Shown piece by piece: positions 1 through 8,269 of a stretch of DNA of 64,000 nt. Source of the DNA: Verrucomicrobiaceae bacterium (GTDB taxonomy: Bacteria > Verrucomicrobiota > Verrucomicrobiia > Verrucomicrobiales > Akkermansiaceae); assembly GCA_027485615.1 (NCBI GenBank), contig JAIXQS010000128.1:1846-65845 (forward strand), read 5' to 3'. The notes under the pieces are model-generated. The model was not told the origin of the DNA and searched no databases. It saw only the letters and a program-made list of their open reading frames with translations. The position numbers were made by a program, and so were the translations under genes. Each line of letters begins with the position of its first letter. Position 1 is the stretch's first letter.

Positions 1-1
1 T

Positions 2-547
2 GCCGATCACGGAATGCTTCTCACCGGCACCACTCTAACAGTCGGCCTCGCGACGATCCACAACGCCCTCACCGATGTGCCGCGCCTGCTTACGGCGGAG
101 GGCATTTTCCGGATCGGAAAACTTACTGCGGAGTTCCTGCGGAAAAAAGGCATCGCCGCCCCGCGCATCGCCGTCTGCGGGCTGAATCCGCACGCAGGTG
201 AGAACGGGGCGTTTGGCATCGAGGAAAAGACCCTCATCGCGCCCGCCATTTCCACGTTGAACGAAACCGGCCTCGCCGCCTTCACCGGGCCGCATGTGCC
301 GGATGCGATTTTCCGGGACGCGGCGCAGGGGAAATACGATGCCGTGATTGCGATGTATCACGACCAAGGCCTGATCCCGCTGAAGCTGCTGGATTTCGAC
401 GAGGCGGTGAACGTCACGCTCGGCCTGCCGAAGCCGCGCACCAGCCCCGACCATGGCACAGCGTTTTCCATCGCGGGGAAAGGCGAGGCGAACCCCGCCT
501 CGATGATCGCGGCGATTCGATTGGCTTGTGAGTTGGCGAGGCGGTGA
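2..547 (+). CDS. pdxA: 4-hydroxythreonine-4-phosphate dehydrogenase PdxA, C-terminal ~180 aa (5' end upstream of window)
   Basis: Translation has GLNPHAGENG, AMYHDQGLIPLK and RTSPDHGTAFSIAGKG, conserved PdxA blocks. The frame is open back to base 2. Confidence 0.9.
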   Translation, partial: ADHGMLLTGTTLTVGLATIHNALTDVPRLLTAEGIFRIGKLTAEFLRKKGIAAPRIAVCGLNPHAGENGAFGIEEKTLIAPAISTLNETGLAAFTGPHVPDAIFRDAAQGKYDAVIAMYHDQGLIPLKLLDFDEAVNVTLGLPKPRTSPDHGTAFSIAGKGEANPASMIAAIRLACELARR

Positions 548-557
548 TGAGATCGCA

Positions 558-3410
558 TCACCGCGCCACCGCATCCAGCACCGGCGCGACATCGGCCCAG
601 TCCTTGATCTCGATGGCCGTCGCCTTGATGCCTTGGGCGGCGGTGATTTTCGGGGCGAGTTCCTTGCTGGGGATCGTGTGGAAAAAGGCGGGTTCGCCGC
701 CGAAGCGATCTTTCCAGGAGGTGGCCAGCGCGGTGAGTTGCTCACCGTAGAGAGCGCCTTGGTCGGCTTTGAACATGTCCTCACTGGCGATGAACACGAT
801 GCCCTTGAGCGCGGCGGGGGTGAAGGACACGGTCAGCACGTTGTAGGTTTGCGAGGCCGTGGTTTTCACCGAGCCGTTCATGGTCGGGTAGGTACCCCAT
901 GGCACTCCGTCGGGGACGCGCTTCGTGGTCATCATTTCGGTGACATATCCGCTCCACAGCGATTTCCAATCGGCGATGTGGCGGCGGACATTCGCGTCGT
1001 AAATCGCGTTGCCCGGGCGGATCGAGGCGAGTTCCTCGTAATCGGTCTTCAGGCTCGGCGCGAGGTTGAGGTGCTCGGGGGCGATCCATTCGCTGATGGA
1101 TGCGTCGGGTTTACCCTTTTCCAGAACGGTTTGCATAAAGATGATCCCGACGGGTCTTCCCGACTTCGCGGCGAGGCGGTTTCCGAGGGCGGCGGAGAAA
1201 CCGTTCGCGTCTTCCCAGAATGAGGCGAAACGGTTTTTCGGAGTCGTCGAGGTGGCCACGCTGAAGCGGCGCGGAGTGGGCGAGGTGGAGCCTTTCGCCG
1301 TGCGGAGCATCATCCGCAGGGGCTGGGCGGATTTTTCCGTGACCTCCATTTTCGGCAAGTTGGCCGGCGCGGCGACATACCACACGTCGCCGATGATCAT
1401 ATTCTTCGCGATGTGTTCGCGGGCGATCTCACCATTGATCTTGAGCGTTACCTTGAGTGTCTTTGGCTCGGCGTTGGCGGGCATGGCAGGCACGGTCACC
1501 TGCCACTCCTTCATATCTGGCGTGACGGGGATCGTCTTCTCGGTGCCGTTGAAGCTGAAATGGATCGTTTTTTCACCGGGAGCTTCGGGCATCCATTCGT
1601 TGTTTACGGCGGAGCCCCAGAAGATGACCGGCGCGTCCGCTTGCAGGACGGCGTTGTCATCGAACTGGGTGCTGAGGATGGGCATCTTGGCGTATTGCTG
1701 GAGCAGGCCGCCCGCGTTGGGATCGGGTTTTACGCCCTCGATCTTCATCGGCTTGTCGGGCCATGTTTCGCTGGTGACGGGTTTGTTGTTGAAATGGATG
1801 AACGGCGTCATCGGCAGCAGTGCCTTGTTGTAGAGGCCGGGGCGGAAGCCGACGCCGCCGGTGCCGTAGGAAACGCCGCGCGGGGACTTCACGGCGGGGG
1901 AGGTGACGACGGCTTTCGTGCCATCGATTTTCACCGAGGCGGGGTGCCAGACGCGGTCTTCGCCGGCCAGCCAGAAATGTTTCACCTGCGCCGCGCCGTC
2001 GGGGATCGGTTTCGGGGTGGCGATGCCGTCGCAGGTTTCCGAAACTTTGCTGGAGGAGTTGGTCAGCGTCTCCGCGACGACGAGGCCGCCCTCCGCGTGG
2101 TCGAACTCGACGGTGAGCTCAGCGCCTTTCACGGAGTAGGATTTGAACATCGGGCCGTCGGTGATGACGTCCTTGCCGTATTGGTTTTTCAGGGCGTGGA
2201 GCGCGAGGCGCTGGCCGGAGAGCGTTTTTTGGTAGTAGTGGATCGCGCCCTCGATATCGATCTGGATGGCCATGCCGGTGTTCGGGATGTCGCGCGCCAT
2301 GAAAGTGCCGAGGCGCATCTCGGCGGTGGAGCCGATGTCGGGGAAGGTGTCCTTCGAGGTGCTGAGGTTGCCCGGGCAGTAGAACTGGTTGAAATACACC
2401 GGCATTTCTTCGCGGTTCCATTTCAAGCGCCAGCCGCGGATCAGGCTGTGGAGGTTCACGTAATATTGGATGCCCGCTCCCATGTTGGCGTAGCCTTGGT
2501 TCCAGATCGCGCCGCGGATCGCGTAGGGCACGACCGGGCTGAGGCGGCCGTTGAACATCCACGAGGCATCACGATTGCCATTCAGGTTGCCGGGAGGCTT
2601 GGCGGAAATGGGTTGCGCGGGTTTTCCGGCCGCGACGAGTTCGGCGTTCGTCTTGATCGTGTTTTCCAGCTCCGCGTAAAACGCGTCCCACGCCGCCTTG
2701 TGCTCGGGGGTGGTGGGGTCTGTCTCGAGGATTTTTTTGTGGAGGGATTTCGTATATTTGTCGGTGCCTCCTGCGAAGCCTTCGCGTGGCACCCATGACT
2801 CGATGCTTGTTTGGCTGAAGGAGCAGTTGAGGATGCCGACGGGCACGCCGGTTTCCTGATGGATCTTGTGTGCGAACGCAAAAGCGATGGCGCTGTAGTT
2901 GCCGTAATCGTCCACTTTCCACTCACCGGTGGCTCGCCCGATGGGGTGCAGGGCGGCGTAAACGCTTTTCACCTCGAACTCCCGGATCGGCGGGGTCTCG
3001 CCCTTCGCCTTGAGCTGTTCGACAAGGGTGGAGACGGAGCTTTTCGAGGCGAGCCACTGCATGTTCGATTGGCCGGAAGCCATCCACACCTCGCCGACGA
3101 GGAGGTTTTTCAGGGTTCGCGTCTCGCCGCCGGATTCGGAAATCGTCATCTCGGCGGGTTCGGCGCTGGCTTTCAAGGGGGCGAGCTCCACCATCCATTT
3201 CCCGTTTTCACCGGCCTTCGCCTTTTTCTCCTGTCCGGAAAATTTCACGGTGACCTCCGCGCCCGGCTTGCCCCAGCCCCAGACGGGCACGGCCATTTCG
3301 CGCTGGAGGACGGCGTTGTCCGCGAAAGGGGCGCCGAGTTCGATTTCAGCCGCGAGGGCGGTGGCGGAGAGGAGCGCGAGTGCCGCGCCGAGGATACTTT
3401 TGATTTTCAT
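558..3410 (-). CDS. Secreted sialate O-acetylesterase-like (SASA/SGNH) protein with two tandem esterase-like halves
   Basis: Signal peptide MKIKSILGAALALLSATALA. First half has PFADNAVLQREMAVPVWGWG ... LLVGEVWMASGQSNMQW (GQSN catalytic block). Second half repeats the pattern (FDDNAVLQADAPVIFWG ... IIGDVWYVAAPANL) without GQSN. Confidence 0.85.
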   Translation of the reverse strand: MKIKSILGAALALLSATALAAEIELGAPFADNAVLQREMAVPVWGWGKPGAEVTVKFSGQEKKAKAGENGKWMVELAPLKASAEPAEMTISESGGETRTLKNLLVGEVWMASGQSNMQWLASKSSVSTLVEQLKAKGETPPIREFEVKSVYAALHPIGRATGEWKVDDYGNYSAIAFAFAHKIHQETGVPVGILNCSFSQTSIESWVPREGFAGGTDKYTKSLHKKILETDPTTPEHKAAWDAFYAELENTIKTNAELVAAGKPAQPISAKPPGNLNGNRDASWMFNGRLSPVVPYAIRGAIWNQGYANMGAGIQYYVNLHSLIRGWRLKWNREEMPVYFNQFYCPGNLSTSKDTFPDIGSTAEMRLGTFMARDIPNTGMAIQIDIEGAIHYYQKTLSGQRLALHALKNQYGKDVITDGPMFKSYSVKGAELTVEFDHAEGGLVVAETLTNSSSKVSETCDGIATPKPIPDGAAQVKHFWLAGEDRVWHPASVKIDGTKAVVTSPAVKSPRGVSYGTGGVGFRPGLYNKALLPMTPFIHFNNKPVTSETWPDKPMKIEGVKPDPNAGGLLQQYAKMPILSTQFDDNAVLQADAPVIFWGSAVNNEWMPEAPGEKTIHFSFNGTEKTIPVTPDMKEWQVTVPAMPANAEPKTLKVTLKINGEIAREHIAKNMIIGDVWYVAAPANLPKMEVTEKSAQPLRMMLRTAKGSTSPTPRRFSVATSTTPKNRFASFWEDANGFSAALGNRLAAKSGRPVGIIFMQTVLEKGKPDASISEWIAPEHLNLAPSLKTDYEELASIRPGNAIYDANVRRHIADWKSLWSGYVTEMMTTKRVPDGVPWGTYPTMNGSVKTTASQTYNVLTVSFTPAALKGIVFIASEDMFKADQGALYGEQLTALATSWKDRFGGEPAFFHTIPSKELAPKITAAQGIKATAIEIKDWADVAPVLDAVAR

Positions 3411-3482
3411 AATGGGATGGAGGTTACCGTTAAAGGGCAGGGGAAAACCCGGTTGGGATGGATGAGTATGCGCCTGTGGAGA

Positions 3483-6400
3483 TTAGTTCCTTTTCAGCAC
3501 CATCAGCGGGGAAGTCCAGCCGGCGGGGTTTTTCGGGCTGAAGCCGCCGGACTCGATGAAGAGGTAGTCGGTGCCGCCGATGGATTGCGGGGCGATCTTG
3601 AGGGCGGTGTCCTGCTCCAGATCGATCAGGGTGGCACCGGACCAGATCCAGCGGGCGGTGTCGGTGGTGCCGTCTTCCTTGAAGTTGATTTTCTGGAAAG
3701 GCGAGCGGCCGGGATTCGGTTTCGCCTGCGGGTCGAAATCGGCGGGCTTGGCGACCTGGGCGACGGCAGTCCATGAGCCTGCGACTTTCGGGTTGGCCGT
3801 GAACTTGCCGTCGAAGCGGAATTTCCCAGCGTTGGGATCTTCGGGGAGTGTATCGGGATGCTGTAGCGACTGCCAATCGGAGGAGAGCATGGGGACGAAG
3901 CTGGCGGCCTTGCGGAGCGTGGCCTCATCGAGCGGCGGGAGTTTCCTTTCCTCCAGCCACATGCTGAAAATGCCGCGTGGCACGGGCGGCATGGTGACGA
4001 TGGCGCGGTCTCCATACTTGAGGAAACTGGTGGCGGCGAGGGTGACGGGGCCTTTGCCGAACTCGGTCGTGAACTCATCGGTGACCCAGCCGCCGCGGAT
4101 CGTGTCGCCCGCGCGGCGGCCGAGGCCTTCCTTTGCTTCGACGAGTTGCTTGCCGTTGATGTAAACGCGGAATCCATCGCCCGCGCCAACGCCCTGGCCG
4201 GTCTGGACGCGGAGGCGGTAAATGTGGCCGGGCTTGGCGGGGGGGAGCTCGAAGGTGCCGTTGACCAGCAGGACTTCCTTTTCCCAAAACGTGCGCGGGC
4301 TTGCGTCCCACTGGTTGTAAGGGCTTTGGATGTCGCCGAGCTTGTTGTTGAACTGACCGATGGGGAACGGCCCTTTTTTCCAACCGGCCTTGGCGGGATC
4401 GAAATCCTTGGCGGACCAGTTTTCCATGCCCGCCGGGTAGGTGACGGTGCGGTAGCGCCATGGGGAGAGGTCATACTTCTGCGTTTCCTTCGGCTCGAAG
4501 GAGAAGTAATTCCACTCGGCGGTTTTCGGGTCGGGACCGAAGGGTTTCCAATCGTAGTCGTGGACGCCGACCTTGTTGTAGAGCGAGACGAGTCCGTCGA
4601 GCGAGTTCGTCACCGCGCCTCCCTGCCTCGGGTTCCTGAGGTCGTTGAAAAGGGTGCGGCGGGTCGTGCCGACGTATTTGAAAATGAGTTCCTCGCGGAT
4701 CAAGGGAACGATGGCTCCTTTCAGCTCGGAGCCGAATTTTTCCGGATCGGCGGCGAGGAAAATCTCGTCGTGCGGCAGCGGGTTGCCGGGGAACTGCTTT
4801 TTCGACACCTCGTAGAGGACATCGAAGCCGCCTGGCACATCGGCGAGGGCGGCGGCGAGGACTCCGAGGGTTTCCTTGCGATGGCCGGTGAGATCCTGGC
4901 CACCGACCCATTTGTCGCCGCCGCTGTAGTTCGCGTAGGCATCGCCGATGGCCTTGAGCGCGAGGTCGCGCACCTTGGGGGTGGCGTTGGGGAGCTGCTG
5001 GCGGATCGCATAAAGCGGGCCGTTGGTGGTGCTCTGGCGCGGGGTGGTTTGGATCAAGTCACCGACCGGTGGCAGGACTTTTCCGTAAACGCGCTCGTCG
5101 GTGATGACATTGGCGAGAACCATGAGCGCGCCGTTCTGGAGCCACTGTTCCTTGTGTTTCAGGAAAGGCAGGATGACATCGACGTGCGGGACGATCATGT
5201 CGGGACTGCCTTTCCGGATGAGAGCAAGGCAGGCGTCCTTCACGAACCAGGATTCCTCGCCGTCCTGTAGCCGCCCGATGGCGTAGGCGAAAAGGGACTT
5301 CGACCAATCATCGGCCGGATCGAAGATTTGGATGGAGGCGCGTATCCCGGCGTTGCGGACGCGGGGATCGGCGTGGCGGGCGAACTCGTCCAACAGCTCC
5401 TTGCGCAGCTTCTGGCCGGGTTTCGGGAACATGTAGTCGGCGGTCAGGCCGGCTGCCATGTTCGAGGCCATGTGGCGGATGAGGTACTCCGGATGGTAAA
5501 CGTAGCGACGGATCGTTTCGTCGTCCTGTTCCTTTGCCTGCAAGCGGAGGATGAGGGGCTTGGCGGAATCCTCGGTGAGAACCTCGCCGGAGAGGTCGCG
5601 GATTTTTCCGTCCTTGTCGGCCACGGACTCCATGGAAAGGAACACGTCATCCGCCGCCGTGCCCCAGGGGCGGGCGGGGAGTTGGTATTGCTTGGAAAAC
5701 TTCGAGGGCGGCGCACCGGTGAGCCGGAGGGTCTTGCGCGGCATGGTGTAGGTGAGGGCGTAAGCGGTGCCCCACTCCTCGTTGTCGTAGCCCGCTCCGC
5801 CTAGGATGGCGAAGGTGCTGTCGTACCTACGGGAAAGATCGTAGTTCCATTTCCGGTGATCCATGAACTCGCGGTATTGGAGCGGCTTCTTGTCTTTCAC
5901 CAAGGACATCGAGGCGCTGCGCCAGATCTCGCCGATGCCGCCGCCGGTGTGGCCGTGGAGCATGAAGGTGGTGGTGTAGAAGCTGGTCTTCGCGCAGTTG
6001 TCGCGGGCCTTCGCGTAGATGGATTCCTCGCCGTCCGGCGTGAGCGAGGCGGCGGCTGCCATCGCGAAGGCGAGCTTGCCGTGCTTGCCGTTGTCCACAA
6101 AGGAGGTCTCCGGGCGGTCGTCACCGTAAGGGTTGATCCCGCGGCCGGCGTAGCGGAAAAAGTGGACGAGCGTGCGGTTGAGCAGGCTCTCATCGACATT
6201 CACGCCGCACTGTTTCGCGAGAAGCAGGAACGTGACGACATGGGTGCCGCCCGCGTTGAGGTGGCCGTTGCCGTAACCGAGTTTCACCACCCCGCCCCGA
6301 CCCGCCCAGGCGTCGAGGTATTCGCCCTTTGCGGCGGCATCGACCCAGCTCTGGATGACGGGCAGCGCCTCGGCGTCGCCGGTGCGGAGATAGTATTCGC

Positions 6401-7061
6401 AGAGCGCGAGGCCGCCGTAGCCGATGTGCCAGGCGTAACCTGATGATTTCTTATCCTTGAGGCCGTGCACCCAGTCGCGGACGGCGGGGAGATCCGCGTC
6501 ATCGCCGGTGGAAAGCAGAAACAGCATCCCGATGTCCGCGAAGCCCTTAGGGGTGCCGGGCTTCTTCAGGTATTCTGCGAAATCCCGCACGATCTTCTCG
6601 GACTTCGGGCAATCGAGCGGCCACGTCTTGCCGTAAGCGCCGAGGACGGGGATTTTCACCTCAATCGGTGCCGCTTCACCCTTGATCGCAAATTGGATGA
6701 TTCCGTCAGTGCTTTCGGCTTTCTCCAGGATCTGCCCGAGCTGGATGCGCGGATCGATGTCCTTGAGCATCTGGCCGTTGATCGATTCGATGACCTGGCC
6801 TTTCTTGAATTTACCTGTCGCCTCGGCAGGTGAGCCGGGCTCGATCGCGCCGACCCACATCGTGAAGGCGGGCTGGTGCAGCTCGATGGCCATGCCCACC
6901 GGGCCAAAGCGCCCGATGGTGTTGACCGAGGTCTGCGGGTTCGGCGCGGTGGAGAAAAGGGTGGGCTCCTTGTAGAAAGAGGTGGGGGCGTTCTGGGCGT
7001 CCGCCATGTGGGTCCCGAAAATCGCGGAGGAGAGGATCAGGATTCGTTTCGGATTTCTCAT
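3483..7061 (-). CDS. Large secreted protein with an N-terminal PDZ domain, an alpha/alpha-toroid-like region and HEAT-like repeats; function unknown (resembles DUF6288-type proteins, from memory)
   Basis: 1192-aa ORF with a signal peptide. PDZ-like GAIEPGSPAEATGKFKKGQVIESINGQ. Long non-repetitive sequence with ordinary amino-acid composition, unlike the Arg/Gly/Pro-rich shadow ORFs overlapping it. Confidence 0.8.
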   Translation of the reverse strand: MRNPKRILILSSAIFGTHMADAQNAPTSFYKEPTLFSTAPNPQTSVNTIGRFGPVGMAIELHQPAFTMWVGAIEPGSPAEATGKFKKGQVIESINGQMLKDIDPRIQLGQILEKAESTDGIIQFAIKGEAAPIEVKIPVLGAYGKTWPLDCPKSEKIVRDFAEYLKKPGTPKGFADIGMLFLLSTGDDADLPAVRDWVHGLKDKKSSGYAWHIGYGGLALCEYYLRTGDAEALPVIQSWVDAAAKGEYLDAWAGRGGVVKLGYGNGHLNAGGTHVVTFLLLAKQCGVNVDESLLNRTLVHFFRYAGRGINPYGDDRPETSFVDNGKHGKLAFAMAAAASLTPDGEESIYAKARDNCAKTSFYTTTFMLHGHTGGGIGEIWRSASMSLVKDKKPLQYREFMDHRKWNYDLSRRYDSTFAILGGAGYDNEEWGTAYALTYTMPRKTLRLTGAPPSKFSKQYQLPARPWGTAADDVFLSMESVADKDGKIRDLSGEVLTEDSAKPLILRLQAKEQDDETIRRYVYHPEYLIRHMASNMAAGLTADYMFPKPGQKLRKELLDEFARHADPRVRNAGIRASIQIFDPADDWSKSLFAYAIGRLQDGEESWFVKDACLALIRKGSPDMIVPHVDVILPFLKHKEQWLQNGALMVLANVITDERVYGKVLPPVGDLIQTTPRQSTTNGPLYAIRQQLPNATPKVRDLALKAIGDAYANYSGGDKWVGGQDLTGHRKETLGVLAAALADVPGGFDVLYEVSKKQFPGNPLPHDEIFLAADPEKFGSELKGAIVPLIREELIFKYVGTTRRTLFNDLRNPRQGGAVTNSLDGLVSLYNKVGVHDYDWKPFGPDPKTAEWNYFSFEPKETQKYDLSPWRYRTVTYPAGMENWSAKDFDPAKAGWKKGPFPIGQFNNKLGDIQSPYNQWDASPRTFWEKEVLLVNGTFELPPAKPGHIYRLRVQTGQGVGAGDGFRVYINGKQLVEAKEGLGRRAGDTIRGGWVTDEFTTEFGKGPVTLAATSFLKYGDRAIVTMPPVPRGIFSMWLEERKLPPLDEATLRKAASFVPMLSSDWQSLQHPDTLPEDPNAGKFRFDGKFTANPKVAGSWTAVAQVAKPADFDPQAKPNPGRSPFQKINFKEDGTTDTARWIWSGATLIDLEQDTALKIAPQSIGGTDYLFIESGGFSPKNPAGWTSPLMVLKRN

Positions 7062-7173
7062 ATCGGCTTGGATACAAAGGGATTACACACCGGCCGCCCA
7101 GCGTTCTTTCCAAATTTTTGCGACAATGTCACGCGGTTATGCGGCAAGGATGTCGGCAAACAAATGGAAACTC

Positions 7174-8028
7174 CTACTCTTGCTTTTCCGGCGCCGCCTG
7201 AGGGCGCAGCCGCAGTGTCACTTTGGTGCCGATTTCCGGGACGGTGTCCGTGTTGATCTGCCAGGCGAGCGCATGGTTTTCCTGCGCGTGATGTCCGGTT
7301 AGGCAGAGCACCTCATCCCCAAAGGTGGAAATGGAGATCACGTTGCCGTTGACATCGGCGATGTAGGTTTTCGTATCGCCTTCCTGGTGCGTGTGGGAAC
7401 CTGCAAAAAGGAATGAATCCGGAAATTTCTCCTCAGCTTTGTCGACCTCGGGAAGACCTGATTCGTCCTTGGACGGGGAGAGGAAATCGCTGATCGGGCG
7501 CTCGGTCATCACGCCTTTTTCGTCGGGTATGAGCAGCGTCACCCTCACCGCCTGCCCCCTCGGCGGGATGTCCACCCAGCGCGTGCCCTCCTCGTTCACC
7601 GGCTTGCGCATGGCGGGATTTCCCGGGCGGGCGCCGATCAGCAGCAGGGCTGCATGGATGTGGCTCGGCTTCGCCTCCACCATTACGATGGACTCGTGCT
7701 CCCTGCTGTCTTTCGCGCAGGCGATCACCTCCAGATAGCCCTCGGCGAGACACACGACCGACTGAACGTCCGCGAAGCGCTCCTCCGAGTTGATCGTGAT
7801 TCCGGGGAAAATGGCGCGGATTTTCTCGGCAATATCCGCGGGCCGGACCTTACCGGTCTCTTCGACGGGCTCCGTTTGAGGCTCGGCCTTTTCCTCCGCC
7901 GCAAGCGGGGCGAGGCAGAATGCATGGATTGTCCCGAGCAGCAGCGATCTCCGGATGATTTTTGCGGCATCCCCGCAGGCTTTTATACCGTGGGTCCGTT
8001 CGGTGATGGGGCGGTTTGCGTTTCTCAT
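7174..8028 (-). CDS. Hypothetical secreted protein, YdjY-domain-like (recollection only)
   Basis: ORF 7174-8091. I prefer the internal ATG at 8028 (MRNANRP...), which gives a hydrophobic leader LLLGTIHAFCLAPLAA. Block GYLEVIACAKDSREHESIVMVEAKPSHIHAALLLIGARPG recalls YdjY-type proteins. Confidence 0.6.
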   Translation of the reverse strand: MRNANRPITERTHGIKACGDAAKIIRRSLLLGTIHAFCLAPLAAEEKAEPQTEPVEETGKVRPADIAEKIRAIFPGITINSEERFADVQSVVCLAEGYLEVIACAKDSREHESIVMVEAKPSHIHAALLLIGARPGNPAMRKPVNEEGTRWVDIPPRGQAVRVTLLIPDEKGVMTERPISDFLSPSKDESGLPEVDKAEEKFPDSFLFAGSHTHQEGDTKTYIADVNGNVISISTFGDEVLCLTGHHAQENHALAWQINTDTVPEIGTKVTLRLRPQAAPEKQE

Positions 8029-8246
8029 TGCGATGGTCGTTTTGTCGAGGAAAGCTTCACGATGCGGCCTTTGTGGAAGGATGCAAAACACAATTCACTA
8101 CGGCCACGATGATTCGAACAAAGGCCGAACTCGTCGCGGCCAGAAAGACTTTCCTGAAAAAAGGTATCCTCTGCGTGACGTGAATACACGATCTATTGAC
8201 GTAAATTGAGTTATTTTTGGATTTCCGAAACCGAGAGCTCTGTTAT

Positions 8247-8265
8247 CTTTACTAAGTAAATACCA
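8247..8265 (+). promoter_or_regulatory. Conserved leader motif CTTTACTAAGTAAATACCA ending 4 nt before the ATG of the first giant gene
   Basis: 15/19 identical, in the same register relative to the ATG, to 21667-21685 upstream of the paralogue. No GGAGG-type SD is present in either leader. Confidence 0.3.
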
Positions 8266-8269
8266 GATC

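Noticed and set aside
1413-2798. 461-aa plus-strand ORF opposite the esterase gene
   Set aside because: Gly/Arg/Asp/Val-rich antisense frame. The minus strand carries the SASA motifs.
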